Shown: piece by piece, positions 1 through 11,349 of the stretch
Numbering within the stretch: position 1 is the first letter of the stretch
How the letters are laid out: each line of letters starts with the position of its first letter
NCBI GenBank assembly: GCA_904063045.1
Contig: CAJFCJ010000020.1
Location: 1,170,916 to 1,234,915, forward strand
Direction of reading: 5' to 3'
Length of the DNA: 64,000 bases
Source of the DNA: Dimorphilus gyrociliatus
Lineage: Eukaryota > Animalia > Annelida
Notes under the pieces: generated by a model
What the model saw: only the letters and a program-made list of their open reading frames with translations
Told to the model about the DNA's origin: nothing
The model's database searches: none
Made by a program: the position numbers and the translations under genes

Positions 1-409
1 AAATTTCGTATGGCATAATTTTTGTGTTTTATCACTCTAATTTCATCTCTTTTCTTCTCACAATCAATCTCTAAAGTATCATTTTCCGGAACCTAAAAGA
101 AGTTCAGAATGAGAATGATGGAGATAAATTTAAGCTATACCCTCTAAACCTGTATAGCTTCGAAGTAATGAGTACAACATCTCATATAATATTTTGTTCC
201 ACAGCAATACGTTGACCCGCATTCTTCTGCCTTTTTAAAGTGACCAGTTTCATTACAGTGGGATGGGCATCGGTTAGATGGAACGTAGCCTCCTTTAAAT
301 TGAATTTTTCCTTCAAGCAACTATGATCATGCGATATTTATGAAACATTACCGTCTAGTAAAGTTACCAAGAATATGAAAATAACACTGGAAGAAAAGTA
401 GATTTTCAT
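1..409 (-). CDS. Shisa-like cysteine-rich secreted/membrane protein, 5' part (runs off window start)
   Basis: Spliced by eye: ATG 409, exon 1 signal-like MKIYFSSSVIFIFLVTLLD, 41-nt intron, exon 2 ...RCPSHCNETGHFKKAEECGSTYCCGTKYYMRCC (C..C...G....C...YCCG...RCC resembles the Shisa Cys pattern), intron, exon 3 VPENDTLEIDCEKK... open to position 1. Confidence 0.5.
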
Positions 410-827
410 GAAGATAATCTCGATCGTAATACCTTTAATGATTGAGCAAAAACTCGAATATAAAACCGCTTTATATGAAAAAGTAAAACCGATTATCTAA
501 TGGTTGATTAGACGTAATCTGTTTGCACAGAAACGGTATTGAAAAGACAAGAATACAAAACGGCTATAAAATACAAAGAATTTGTAACAATTAAGGAATT
601 CAAAACACTTATCATGACCTAATTTTTATATAACTTTTTTAGTATTTAAAAGTTTTAAAATTATTAGATTCTAATTACTGAATTTTCGTTATATTGAATA
701 ACATATAAAACTTTTAATGATGTCATTCTTGAATGAAAATTACACCTATTTTTTACAAAATTTTCGTAAATAAAAGAACATTTCTTCATGGGTCTGAAAA
801 TTTCAAAATATTTTATTTATTACAATA

Positions 828-2436
828 ATGCCAATCTTTAGAGGGGCTGCTTGCCAAACTATGGTAAACTCAAAGAAAAAGACTTCTTTTAAAAGAGTTC
901 ATAAAGGTCTACTTCAAACTGCTATAAATATCTGCAGACGGAAATTCTATGATAATGGACAGGATGAATTATTGGAAGCTGATATTAAAAAAATTAATGA
1001 TACTGATTTATATTCGAAAGACACTATAAACTCTTATACAGCCTACTTAAGAAAATTACAGGTATTATCTCCATCAAAAGGTAATGATTTAAGGCTTGCT
1101 CGCAGATTTAATTTTGACGAATATGCTGCTACAAGTGGAGGTAATACTAAAGAATTGTTCCTATTGGACGAAGCGCCCGAAATATCTTATGACGAAATTA
1201 TCGACTGTGATGACTATTTTGTTGAAAATGTTCTTGTTAGAGAAATGGCTGGACGATTTGTTGAATCTATATGGTTTCGTTTATTAGTTATGTTGTTGAT
1301 AGTTGTCAACTCGTTAATTATAGGCCTACAAGCGTCCGGATTAGAGGTATATCATATAACCGTTTATTTCTTTAAATTAGGTTAGATTATCAAAAACAAA
1401 ACAAAAAAAAATATAACAGAAATATTCTTCGAAAACTTTTGAAATATTCGATAGGATTGTTATTTCGGTATTTATATTTGAAATACTGATAAAATGGTAT
1501 CATAATTTTGCTGTTTTCTGGAAAATTGGATGGAATGTTTTAGATTTTATAATAACATTTTGTCTATTGATATCAGTAGGACAATTTATCAACTCACCAA
1601 GACTTTTAAGAGTTCTTCGTATAATTAGGGCATTTAGATCGTTACGTAGTATTGACGCTTTGGCTGGATTATCTGCCGTTGTATATACAATTCTAGTTTC
1701 TATACCGCAGATGTTCCAAATAGTAATTATCCTACTAATTATAATAGTTATGTACGGAGTTATGGGTACGATAATGTTTAGGGATATGTCACCTGACTAT
1801 TTCGATAATTTAGGGACTTCACTATTTTCACTATTTATTTGTATCAATCAAGATGGTTGGTTAGCAATTGTAGATCAAATAAAGAACTCTCGTATTGATA
1901 TTCATATGAACTGGACTAAATATATTGCCTATATTTATTTGGGTTCAGTGATTGTTGTTGGCGCATTTATGATTAGTAACCTAATAATTGCAGTATTGAT
2001 AACAAATATTGAAGAAGTAATGAGTAGTACAGAGACGGTTAAGCATGAGGCGGAAATATTGAAACTATCAGAGGAAGTCAAAGATCAGTTGAAAGATGTA
2101 CAGAAGGAAAACGATATGAAACTAATAAACGTAGAGGATTTTATAGCTGATGTGAAATATTCCGAACAGAATGCAAACGAAACAGGAGTATTTCTAAATA
2201 ATCTATCGTCGGATAATCTTGCGAATTATATGTTCTTGTTAGATTGCTTAGAGAATTCATTGAGTGAATATAAAGTAATTAAAGAAGATATTGGAAAACT
2301 TTATCATGTAATGAATTCTTTAAATACAAATTCGATGAAACAAAGGCAATCGGACTACTTTACTCCAGACTTTAATCAGCTTTTAAAGAATATATATACA
2401 ATGGATTCCCTCCAATTAGCAGACTATCTGACTTGA
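828..2436 (+). CDS. CATSPER4: CatSper-family cation channel alpha subunit, CatSper4-like; exons 828-1346, 1420-2436
   Basis: 6-TM single-domain channel; KWYHNFAVFWKIGWNVLDFII and pore LFICINQDGW match CatSper4 (FWKDGWNILNFII / LFICITQDGW); Arg-periodic S4; C-terminal coiled coil; 73-nt GT-AG intron keeps frame. Confidence 0.8.
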
Positions 2437-3085
2437 GATAAGCCGATAGTCTCTCACAAAAAAAGTCAGTTTTTTATTTGTATCTTATGAAAGTGCGCAA
2501 TTTAAATAAAAGCCTAGTTAACGGTGTCCCTTTTTTTACACATCAACAATCTTGCATTTTTTCTCTTTGGCAACAAACAGCACTTTCGATTTCTAATTTT
2601 CTATTTAGTTAAGGAACCCCATCTAGCAGCAGTTAAAAAGAAAGCGTTTCCACCTAGTGGTCTGTTATTACCTCTTGCTTTAATTAGTTTTCTATTAGTT
2701 AACCTAATCGAAAAAAAATCTGTATTTACTTTTACCAAATACATAAGCATTTTACAAGATCCATCGAGTGTTTTGTATACTCTGCCTATAAATATATAGA
2801 CTTTATTTATTTATATAATCTTCACTGTGAAAGAAATAGAAATTACTCATACTGTAGTGTGATGCCAAGTTTATGGCTATTTAATGATAATATAAAAATA
2901 AACTATTAAAGAAAAGAAGAGGGTTTTTGAGAACTAAAATATTGCAAATATTCACTCTTCTCCTAATTGTTTAGCTGAAAAGAAAAGGCAAAATATGAGT
3001 TAAAATTTGGTTCAAATGATGTCAGCCTAAAAATATATCGCTTTCTAACTTATAATACTTTTTTTCAAGTGTCTAGAAGTATAGA

Positions 3086-5048
3086 CTAAACCCATTCTGG
3101 TTGCCATCCCATTCTCTCTCTAACCGACACTCGTAATCTTTCGAAACTTGTCTGAAATCTTTTCTTGACTACAGTAATCCAGTCCGATACTCTTTTTAGA
3201 GCATTCCCAAACCTTGAACGAATTTCATCGTCGGAAGAATCGTGAAAATTTACGGCTATTTGAAAGAGATTATTTAAAGCTGTAGATATAGATTCGTAAT
3301 CGTGAGCTGAACATTCAACGTAGCTAATAACACCATCTTTTCCAACTAATTTTCCTATAATATGCCTTTGATGAGTTTCAAATTCCTCCGTGTCTAAGCC
3401 ATAATACTGACAGTAACGCTCAACAGCAGATTCGTCCTTTCTTAAATCAGTTTTTAATCCTAGGATCATACATGCAGCTCGAGAATTGTAACAACGCAAA
3501 TCTGGCAACCATTTTTGGACAATTTGAGTAATAGAAGTTGGATTTGTTAAGTCGATACACAAAGCTACAGCAATAGCTTTTTCGTAAATAAATGGCCTTA
3601 ACGCAGAATAACGATCGCCTCCACCCTTTTTTTTAAAATAGAATAAAGAAACTTCAATTAACAGATGAAATCCCTTAAAACTACTAGAAATTAAAGTACT
3701 CTACCATGTCAATAATACGTAGTCGTCTTTCAATATCGTAAATCGTTGTCTCAACAGTCATTTCGTCGTAGACGGTTGGAATGTAGATTTGGTCAAAAGT
3801 ATCGTAGAAGAACCTTTGTAACAGACTAGACTTCCCAGTCTGGCAATCACCCAATAACAAGCAAGTTGGTATCTTGTCTATTTTCTCTTTCGACATGCTT
3901 AGTTGGTGAACTAAATTCTCTATTTTCGTGTTCTGCCTTTGCTTCATTTCACTTAATTCTATTTGAGCTTGTTCATACATCTGCCATAAGGGAAAAGATA
4001 AGTGATGACCTAAAGCTTGATTAAATCAATTCTACTACTGTAAATTAATCAAAAGATACTATGATATTCAAGCTTAAAGGTCAGAGAGAAAAACATCATA
4101 ACATGGATAGAACATCAATTGAAATAAAATACCTGAGAATACTTGCATGTTGTTTGGTAGATTGTAAATAATTTTTAATTTGATAAACGTTAATTAATCA
4201 AACTAACCCTCAATTCATCATGTTCTTCATATAGAGTACGAACTTTTTCCCTTAATTCGCGCAATTCCTGCTGCATATCATTTTCGATCTGTGAAACAAT
4301 ATTAAGAAACAAGGCAAACTTTCAATACTTAGTTTTATTACAATTTTCTCAAATGAATACGCCAAGACAAACATGCGTAAAAGCTTTGTAAAAGTTTATC
4401 AAAATCTTATGCTATCACCCCCGTGTAGTTATAATTTACAAACTAAACATTCTTTCTTTTCATACTATTCTTCATTATTGTTAGTGATGGGTTTCGAAGA
4501 GTGAGAAATGGGGGAGGGGTTAACAAAAAGGGTGGAATAAATGAGAATGTTTAAGGCTAACACTTTTAATGTGCTTCATCTAACGAAAACAGACATTTCC
4601 CACTCTAAGGCATCAAACGATAAACAAAAGGAGATAAGGAGGGAATGCTCTTTCATATCATTACCTGGCAGAACTTTCTTAATTCGCTGGAAACTTCTTT
4701 AATTGATCTTTTCTTCTCCTCATCTTTAATCATGTCCATAAACGACTTTTCATCCATACTTTCGACTGAATTCCAATCTCTTTCAATTAGGGCAGCCAGG
4801 TCAGGATGATTCCTATCTAAAATATCGCTTAAAACAGAGGGTGGGAAGCCTTTCTGTCTTACGGCCAATATTAAGGATCGACATCTCTCGGCTCTTGTAG
4901 TATTCTTCTTAATAATCATGTCAAATTCATAAGCAGTTAATATGTCATCTTTAAAGAGAGCTTGTTTTAATTCAACAATATCAACGAATTGTAATAATTC
5001 TGAAGTAAACTTTTGATATATATAAGCCGATTTAGGGCTGAATTCCAT
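3086..5048 (-). CDS. CARD/death-fold + coiled-coil + atypical Rho-family GTPase fusion (~426 aa); exons 5048-4665, 4288-4208, 3980-3705, 3625-3086
   Basis: All junctions GT-AG, phase 0. N-terminal helical segment with CARD-like pattern (L..L....ILT..EFD.I....TR.ER.R.LI..V..KG); G1 GDCQTGKS, effector YIPTVYD, G3 DMGGGDRY, G4 LKTDLR, G5 ECSA. Confidence 0.75.
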
Positions 5049-5459
5049 TTTTCTTATTGTTAGGACTGTATATGTAGTAGGCGGATGGTGCAGTTATTTT
5101 GTTTTGTATACCACGCACTGGATCTTTGTATATGCAAACTCGTTTAGATTTTAACGATCAGTCAGTAACGCCATCTTCTGCTTTCTCAACCCGGAAGAAG
5201 TTAGCAGGTTTTTTCGTTTATTTTACTTGGAAATTCTAGCTGTAAAACAGCTACTCTGCCACCTATTTTCTATATATTCGTATGTATACAGAAGGTATTC
5301 TAATATACCCATCTGTCTATTCACAACTGCGGTAAACAGAACTTCTATACATTAAAGTATTAAATTTCAGCGTTTAATTGAAAAACATCATTACTAAATC
5401 TTTATTCAATGTAATTTGTAATTAGAAATATTAATTGCTTTACAAAATTCTGTTAAATA

Positions 5460-7862
5460 TCAGTTTGTTGTAACTCGGTCCATCACGTGACCTTTAATAG
5501 CTTCCTTAGCCGATAAGCCTATACCATAAACTTGAATAAGATTACCATGAATTCTTAAAAAGAAAGAAGAAAAAAATTACTACTTCCTCTCAGAGATTAT
5601 TTATGTAACTCTTTCTACATACTTTACATCAACTATTGGATGAGTGATACGAAAGGCGTCACCATCAACATTTATATAATCTAAAAATTCAGTGAGACCA
5701 TCCTCTTCTGGTGTTAAATGCATTCTAAATGCTTCAATATCGTGACTTTCAATGAAAGGAAAATCGTACTGGAAAGAAAGAATTGAAAGGTAAAGATTAA
5801 ACGACATAATAAATAGTATAGGTAAACTAACGGTAGTCGATTTAAAGCCGGACATTCTGTATATGTGCTTTAGTTGTTGAATTCTACTGCACTTTCTCGT
5901 CAGGTGGAGAAAGGCTATTGGCTCTCCATGCGCCGTCTCCAATTCCTTATGACCAAATATATCTCTAGCTGCCATCTCTATATTAATAAATTCTCCAGAA
6001 ACTTTCAACCAGTCTACGTTCAAAGTAAAAGTGAAATAGTTTGTTGAATATCTTCAATAAAGCAATTAGCATATTTACCTTTACTGTTAACCGGTAAAAC
6101 TTCAAGAGCAGCGGGAAAAATACGATGATTCATTATGGTCTTGAAAACTTTTGAAAATGTAAAATTAAACAATTTTTGTTTTTTTAAAAAAAAAAAAACT
6201 GCCAAGTAATAATTAATTACGAGAAAACGGATATCTTGCCTCGCCCATCCACAAGTTGTTTTCACATTCCAAAACTGAGTCGGAATAAAAGCCATGACCG
6301 CATATTAAATTACCGCAAGTTATTAACTTTCCATCATTATGAACTGTATACGATTTCATTGAAAATGAATGTCCTGTTAAAGAAAATAAAACAATTAAAA
6401 GATTAAAACAATATTTTATATTTATAAAATTATTTTTAACCTTTAATTATATGAAGTGCAGCTGTAACGGGGTCATCTGTACCAATAGCCATTCTGACAG
6501 AGCCTTGTTTAGTTCCTATAGAATAGAAAGAAAATAAGGTTAAGTACACTTTTAAACAACTTATCGCTTTGTTTTTACTTATTATTTCGTCTTACTAAAG
6601 ATAAACTTGAATTATTTAGGGCAGTTTGAAAGGAGATAAAAAAAGATATAGCACGTGTTTTAAAGGTTCTATCATTAATGATATAATGAAAGAATGTAAG
6701 GAAAAATATTTTGTGCATTATTTATATTACTAAAGATTCCTACAAGAGAAAAATTCACCCCGTATTAGTTTATACAGTAAACATTTCACACCTGTTGGAA
6801 TTATTCCAACTTTAACCTTTGATTGGACGAATTCAACGTCGGAATGGTGCTCATTCCTGTTCGAAAGAATCATGGCTTTGCTGATTAAACCATTACAGCA
6901 TTCTGTAAAAGAACCGTCACCTCCAGCAGATACAACTCTGTGAATAAAATACAGTAAAATAGGTGTTGATCTGGCTTATCCTTTTATTAGAGTAAAAGTC
7001 AATTACCCGTCTACTGCATCCAGATTGTAAACTTGTAGCATCTTTCTAGCATGACCTCGATATCTTGTAACTATTAATTTACATATACATTTTAAACATA
7101 TTGAACCAAAAAGTTATTATTTTTAGTATGTATAACATACTGTTAGCGGTTGTAAAGGAAATTTTTATCGTTCTATGATGAATAGAATGTAAAGGTAAGC
7201 TTTTTTCGGCCAGTTCCCTAATCCAAACCTCTCCCCCCTGCCCTTTACTTCCACCTTTTAGCAAAACTTACCGATTACATCTGCATTAATGGATGCCAAG
7301 CGGAAGAGTGGTGCGACAAGTTTCTCATAAACCCTTATACCTGCTCCTTTACCACCTAAAGGGTTTATAAAAACTAACAGATTCTTAGGTCTTATACCAG
7401 AATTTTTTTTCTTTACAATGTTATGTAAAGAATCAACCCAAAGTTTACAAACATCTGAGGAATGACAGGAAAATTGCACATGAGCTACATCCCATTTATG
7501 TATTTTTTCATCCAAATGAACGATATAGTGTAATATGAATTTGGTTACATCAATTCTGTCAGCTGATAAAATATTTTCAATAATAACTTTCCTAAAATGA
7601 ATACAAAGTGAATAAATAAAAGACATTTTGAAAAAAGTAACAAAAACAAAGGTTGTAAAGAGAATAAATCTTTTTTTCTTTGTTATAATAATTAAAAAAT
7701 ATATATGATTGTTTTATGCATTTACTTATATACTCTAATTAATACTCACTCGCCAATCTCTTCTCCTTCGTGATCCGATCTCCAAAAGATTCTACTCTCG
7801 TTTAGATCAACGTCAAAAGATTTTCCATGAATGTCAAAGTTATTTGATAAGATGCTCTCCAT
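5460..7862 (-). CDS. CERK: Ceramide kinase-like protein (PH-like N-terminus + DAGK catalytic domain), divergent, multi-exon
   Basis: RPKNLLVFINPLGGKGAGIRVYEKLVAPLF, GGDG, GIIPTG, GFYSD...WMGEARY, RKCSR, NVDGD; ATG 7862, TGA 5460-5462. Confidence 0.82.
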
Positions 7863-8320
7863 TTTTATACTAGCAACAAATACTTTGCATGCTTCTTAAA
7901 TATAGAAGGTAATTTTCTATCTTCATTCCAACGGAACGCCATCTCGTAACAGTTGGTTCTACTACTTTTTTTTCATGTTTGCATTGTGGCTAACCCTTTC
8001 TTAAGTGTTTTTCTTTTTTTTAGACATAATCTATTTTATCTTGTAAAATTTATCATAACCTGATTTCTTCCAGTTTCGTTCTGTTTATTTTGAGGGTCTT
8101 GCAAAAAAAAAAATACGAGAATAAAAAATACGATCAAAGCAAATGTTAACTGACTTATTCAACTTATATTATTGGAAATACAATCTATTTGTAGAGTATG
8201 TATCGTATAGGCCTTTTAAAAGAAGATATCTACAAGAGTTAGTACCAGCATCAAAAAATTGCAAACGGCGATACGTAAACTCTCGATTACATTAGTCCTC
8301 CAAAGCCCATCCCCGTTCTG

Positions 8321-8394
8321 GGCCCGTTAGCTCAGTTGGTTAGAGCGCCGTGCTGATAACGCGGAGGTCGTGGGTTCGACCCCCATGCGGGCCA
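8321..8394 (+). tRNA. tRNA-Ile, anticodon GAT
   Basis: Acceptor GGCCCGT/GCGGGCC+A, D stem GCTC/GAGC, anticodon stem CCGTG/CGCGG with loop CTGATAA, T arm GTGGG-TTCGACC-CCCAT; T5 Pol III terminator at about 8402. Confidence 0.93.
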
Positions 8395-8936
8395 GATACC
8401 CTTTTTACCCGTAAACTTTTAATATATAGCAATGCAAAAATCTGCTCTCACTCTATCCCAGACTTCTCTAGCTTTTTTTTTATTATTAAAGAAAATACTC
8501 TAATAAATGGCGTTTTAAAAAAATAACACATTTTCTCCTGTATTCAAACCACAATATAGGCATATACTGTATAACCAAAATGTTATTTGGAATTGCTTTG
8601 TCTGTCCAGAAAGTAAACCATGTTTTTAAATAATAAATTTAAAAGGAATGCGTAGAAGCAGTCTATATGACATCTGTCTATTTTAAAAATCCAGGATTTC
8701 TTATTTTGACTTTTTATTGCATCACGTTGATGTAAGCAAACTTAGCTTTGAATTTCATAGTTCAAAATCATAAATAGTTATTTCCATAGACAGAAAATCA
8801 TTAAAATAATCATTTGATCATATTTATATAGAATCACAATCTCAAAAAATGTTTAGGTTGATTGGATACAATGACGAATACATATTCTAATATAAAATAA
8901 GATACTAATAGTAATAGCGTATAGGATGCATGGGAT

Positions 8937-9860
8937 TTAGACATCTTCAATGAGTTTGTTATGAAGGGTCATTAAATCTTTGAAATATTTGACTGTTTTT
9001 ACTTTCAATTCTAGTGTAGCATCTTCATCTGCAACAAAAATTGTCTTTGGATGCTGTTGGAAGGCCGAAACAGTCCACATATGATTAACACCTTCTTCAA
9101 TAGCTTTATGTAACGCTAGAGCTTTGTGGCTTCCAGTTATGAGAATCATAACTTCTCTAGCATCCATTACTGTTCCCACTCCAACTGTGAGAGCCATATG
9201 AGGTACTTTGGATATATCACCTTGGAAAAATCTCGCATTTGCCTGAATAGTGTCGAGAGCAAGAGTTTTCACCCTCGTTCTATATTGAGAGCATAGCTAT
9301 TACTTGATGAATATTGGCGAAAAGTTTTATTTACTGACCTTGATACCAGACTTGATCCTGGTTCGTTAAAAGCAATGTGACCATCTGGACCAATTCCACC
9401 AACGAATAGTTCTACCCCTCCGGCTTCCAGAATTTTTACTTCAAAAGCTTCGCATTCCTTAACTAAATCTGCTGCATTACCGTCTAGAATATGAGCATTA
9501 TTCGGATCAATATCAATGTGTTTGAAGAAATTGTCCCACATGAAAGAGTGATAACTTTCTGGATGGTCGCGAGGTAGACCCACATATTCATCCATATTGA
9601 AGGTTTTAACATACTTGAAAGATAATTGCCCAGCCTTATGGTATTCTATCAACTTTCTATAAGTACCCAGGGGAGTACTACCTATTAAAGGGCCAATTAA
9701 ACCTTAAAATATATTATATTTTTTACGTTAGCCTACCCGTGGGTAATCCCAAAGTAAAGTAGCGTTTTTCATTCGGTTTAAAATCATTTATTCGCTTTTT
9801 AATGTATTTGGCCGCCCATTCGCTGGCCTTATCATAATTATTCAGGATGACTAGCCTCAT
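8937..9860 (-). CDS. GNPDA: Glucosamine-6-phosphate deaminase (3 exons)
   Basis: MRLVIL...[43 protein letters not shown]..., [12 protein letters not shown]. Confidence 0.97.
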
Positions 9861-9960
9861 GATAGCTATAGGTAAGAAAAAACATTCAATTGAGCTTCAT
9901 TTTATTGATCTATGATAGAAGAATAAAAAAAAATCAAACAAGTTAATAAAAACAAATAGG

Positions 9961-10962
9961 TTATTGCCCCATTTTTATTTCTGATACTCCTTGTTCGAGA
10001 TCTTTTTTAATTTTCGTTGCTTTATCCTTGTACTCTTGACTTCTCTCTTGATTTTTTTCAACACCATCTCCCTTTTTATACATAATACTAACATTCGCAC
10101 ATGATTGAAAATGGCCTTTTTTTAGATACAGAACAATCATAACTTACTGATTCATTGTCAATTTTTGCCGAAAAGTGCTTAAAAAAGTTTTTGTATATGA
10201 ATAGTTACGCTATGAGTCGTTAAATACTTTAGAGGTGATTGAACTGTACCTAAATTGCAAGCTTTAAGTGCGTAATCAAAAGCTTTAGTTAAATTTTGTG
10301 GCATATTCCCAAATTTTTCCGATAAAAAATAAGCAGAAGCTAAATAGCAGGCATCAGGATCCTTCATAGAGCAGGCTTTGTCAAAGCAATTTAAAGCTTC
10401 TTGCTGATTAGATTCAACGCCATGGCCTTTCCTATACATAAGTCCTTTATGATAACAACTATGTCTATTGTTTGATGAACATCCTTTAAAAAACAACGAA
10501 AACGCCTTCTTCAAATCCTTATCTCCTGCCTTTCCTATAAGATTATAATTTCCAGCCTATTTTTTGCATGGATAAATTAATACAGAGATTATTACAATAG
10601 GTCTCCATACATTTAATTACTTTTTAAGCAGACGAAAAAATATTATAATAAAAAATGTAATAATCTAAATATTCAATTATCCATGCCTTATAGCATGATA
10701 AACCATGATTCGCTTCTTCGCAATTTTCCTCAAATATTTTTCTGGCCGAAGCAAAATCATGTTTAAAAGCCTCATATAGATCTGCCAATCTATGGCAGCC
10801 ATCTGCTTGTTTCTCATGATGGCATTGAAATTTGTATTCAATTTCTATAATTTTTAAGTACTCTTGAGCTTGTTTTTCATCTTTCAAATCAAACATCCCA
10901 GATAATCCTGAACCTTCACTATCCATGCGAGGAGCGTTTGGTCTAGTTGCTTCCTCACTCAT
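9961..10962 (-). CDS. COA7: Cytochrome c oxidase assembly factor 7 (Sel1-repeat); exons 10962-10687, 10556-10250, 10115-9961
   Basis: GMFDLKDEKQAQEYL..IEIEYKFQCHHEKQADGCHRLAD matches the COA7 N-terminus; Sel1 repeats SCYKAG, SCYHKG, ACYLAS, SCANVS; first intron is GC-AG. Confidence 0.9.
10557..10686 (-). mobile_element. Intron bounded by 31-bp imperfect terminal inverted repeats (Introner/MITE-like), GC donor
   Basis: Intron 5' end GCATGGATAATTGAATATTTAGATTATTACA (10686-10656) vs plus strand 10566-10596 GCATGGATAAATTAATACAGAGATTATTACA: 26/31 identical, ungapped; right arm ends 9 nt before the AG. No clear TSD. Confidence 0.6.
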
Positions 10963-11349
10963 GTTTACTGTTCTTAAAAGAAACAATTTATTTACCTAAA
11001 TAATTGACTCAAGTATTTTTTTCCTTTTCAATGTCGAATCTATGTTGCAAGACGCCCATTCAATTTCAACTTCGCATGTATTTTTTCGGCTAGTCTGGTA
11101 CTCTATCCTGTTCAGCATATCCTTTTTATGAATGAGAAATGCTATGTTAATGATACTAAACAGGAATACGTAACCTTATATCAAGATCTCGGGTTGTTAA
11201 TATGTCTATGAAAAATTCTCTTACTCTGTCACTCAATTTTACTTTTCACATAATTTCATTATATTTTCTTTCACATTAAGAAATACTGTAGTACGAAAAA
11301 AACCACCAGTTTATATTGGTCTTAGTTAAAAGAAACCGGTATAGCTAGA

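Noticed and set aside
1420-1570. Suspected frameshift between the CatSper S2-S3 exon and the ORF starting at 1567
   Set aside because: Codon-by-codon check shows one continuous frame from 1420
2524-2799. 91-aa ORF between convergent genes; similarly 31387-31722, 38365-38589 and 60954-61244 upstream part
   Set aside because: Near-cognate starts, low-complexity hydrophobic composition or antisense to real features; no domain or splice support
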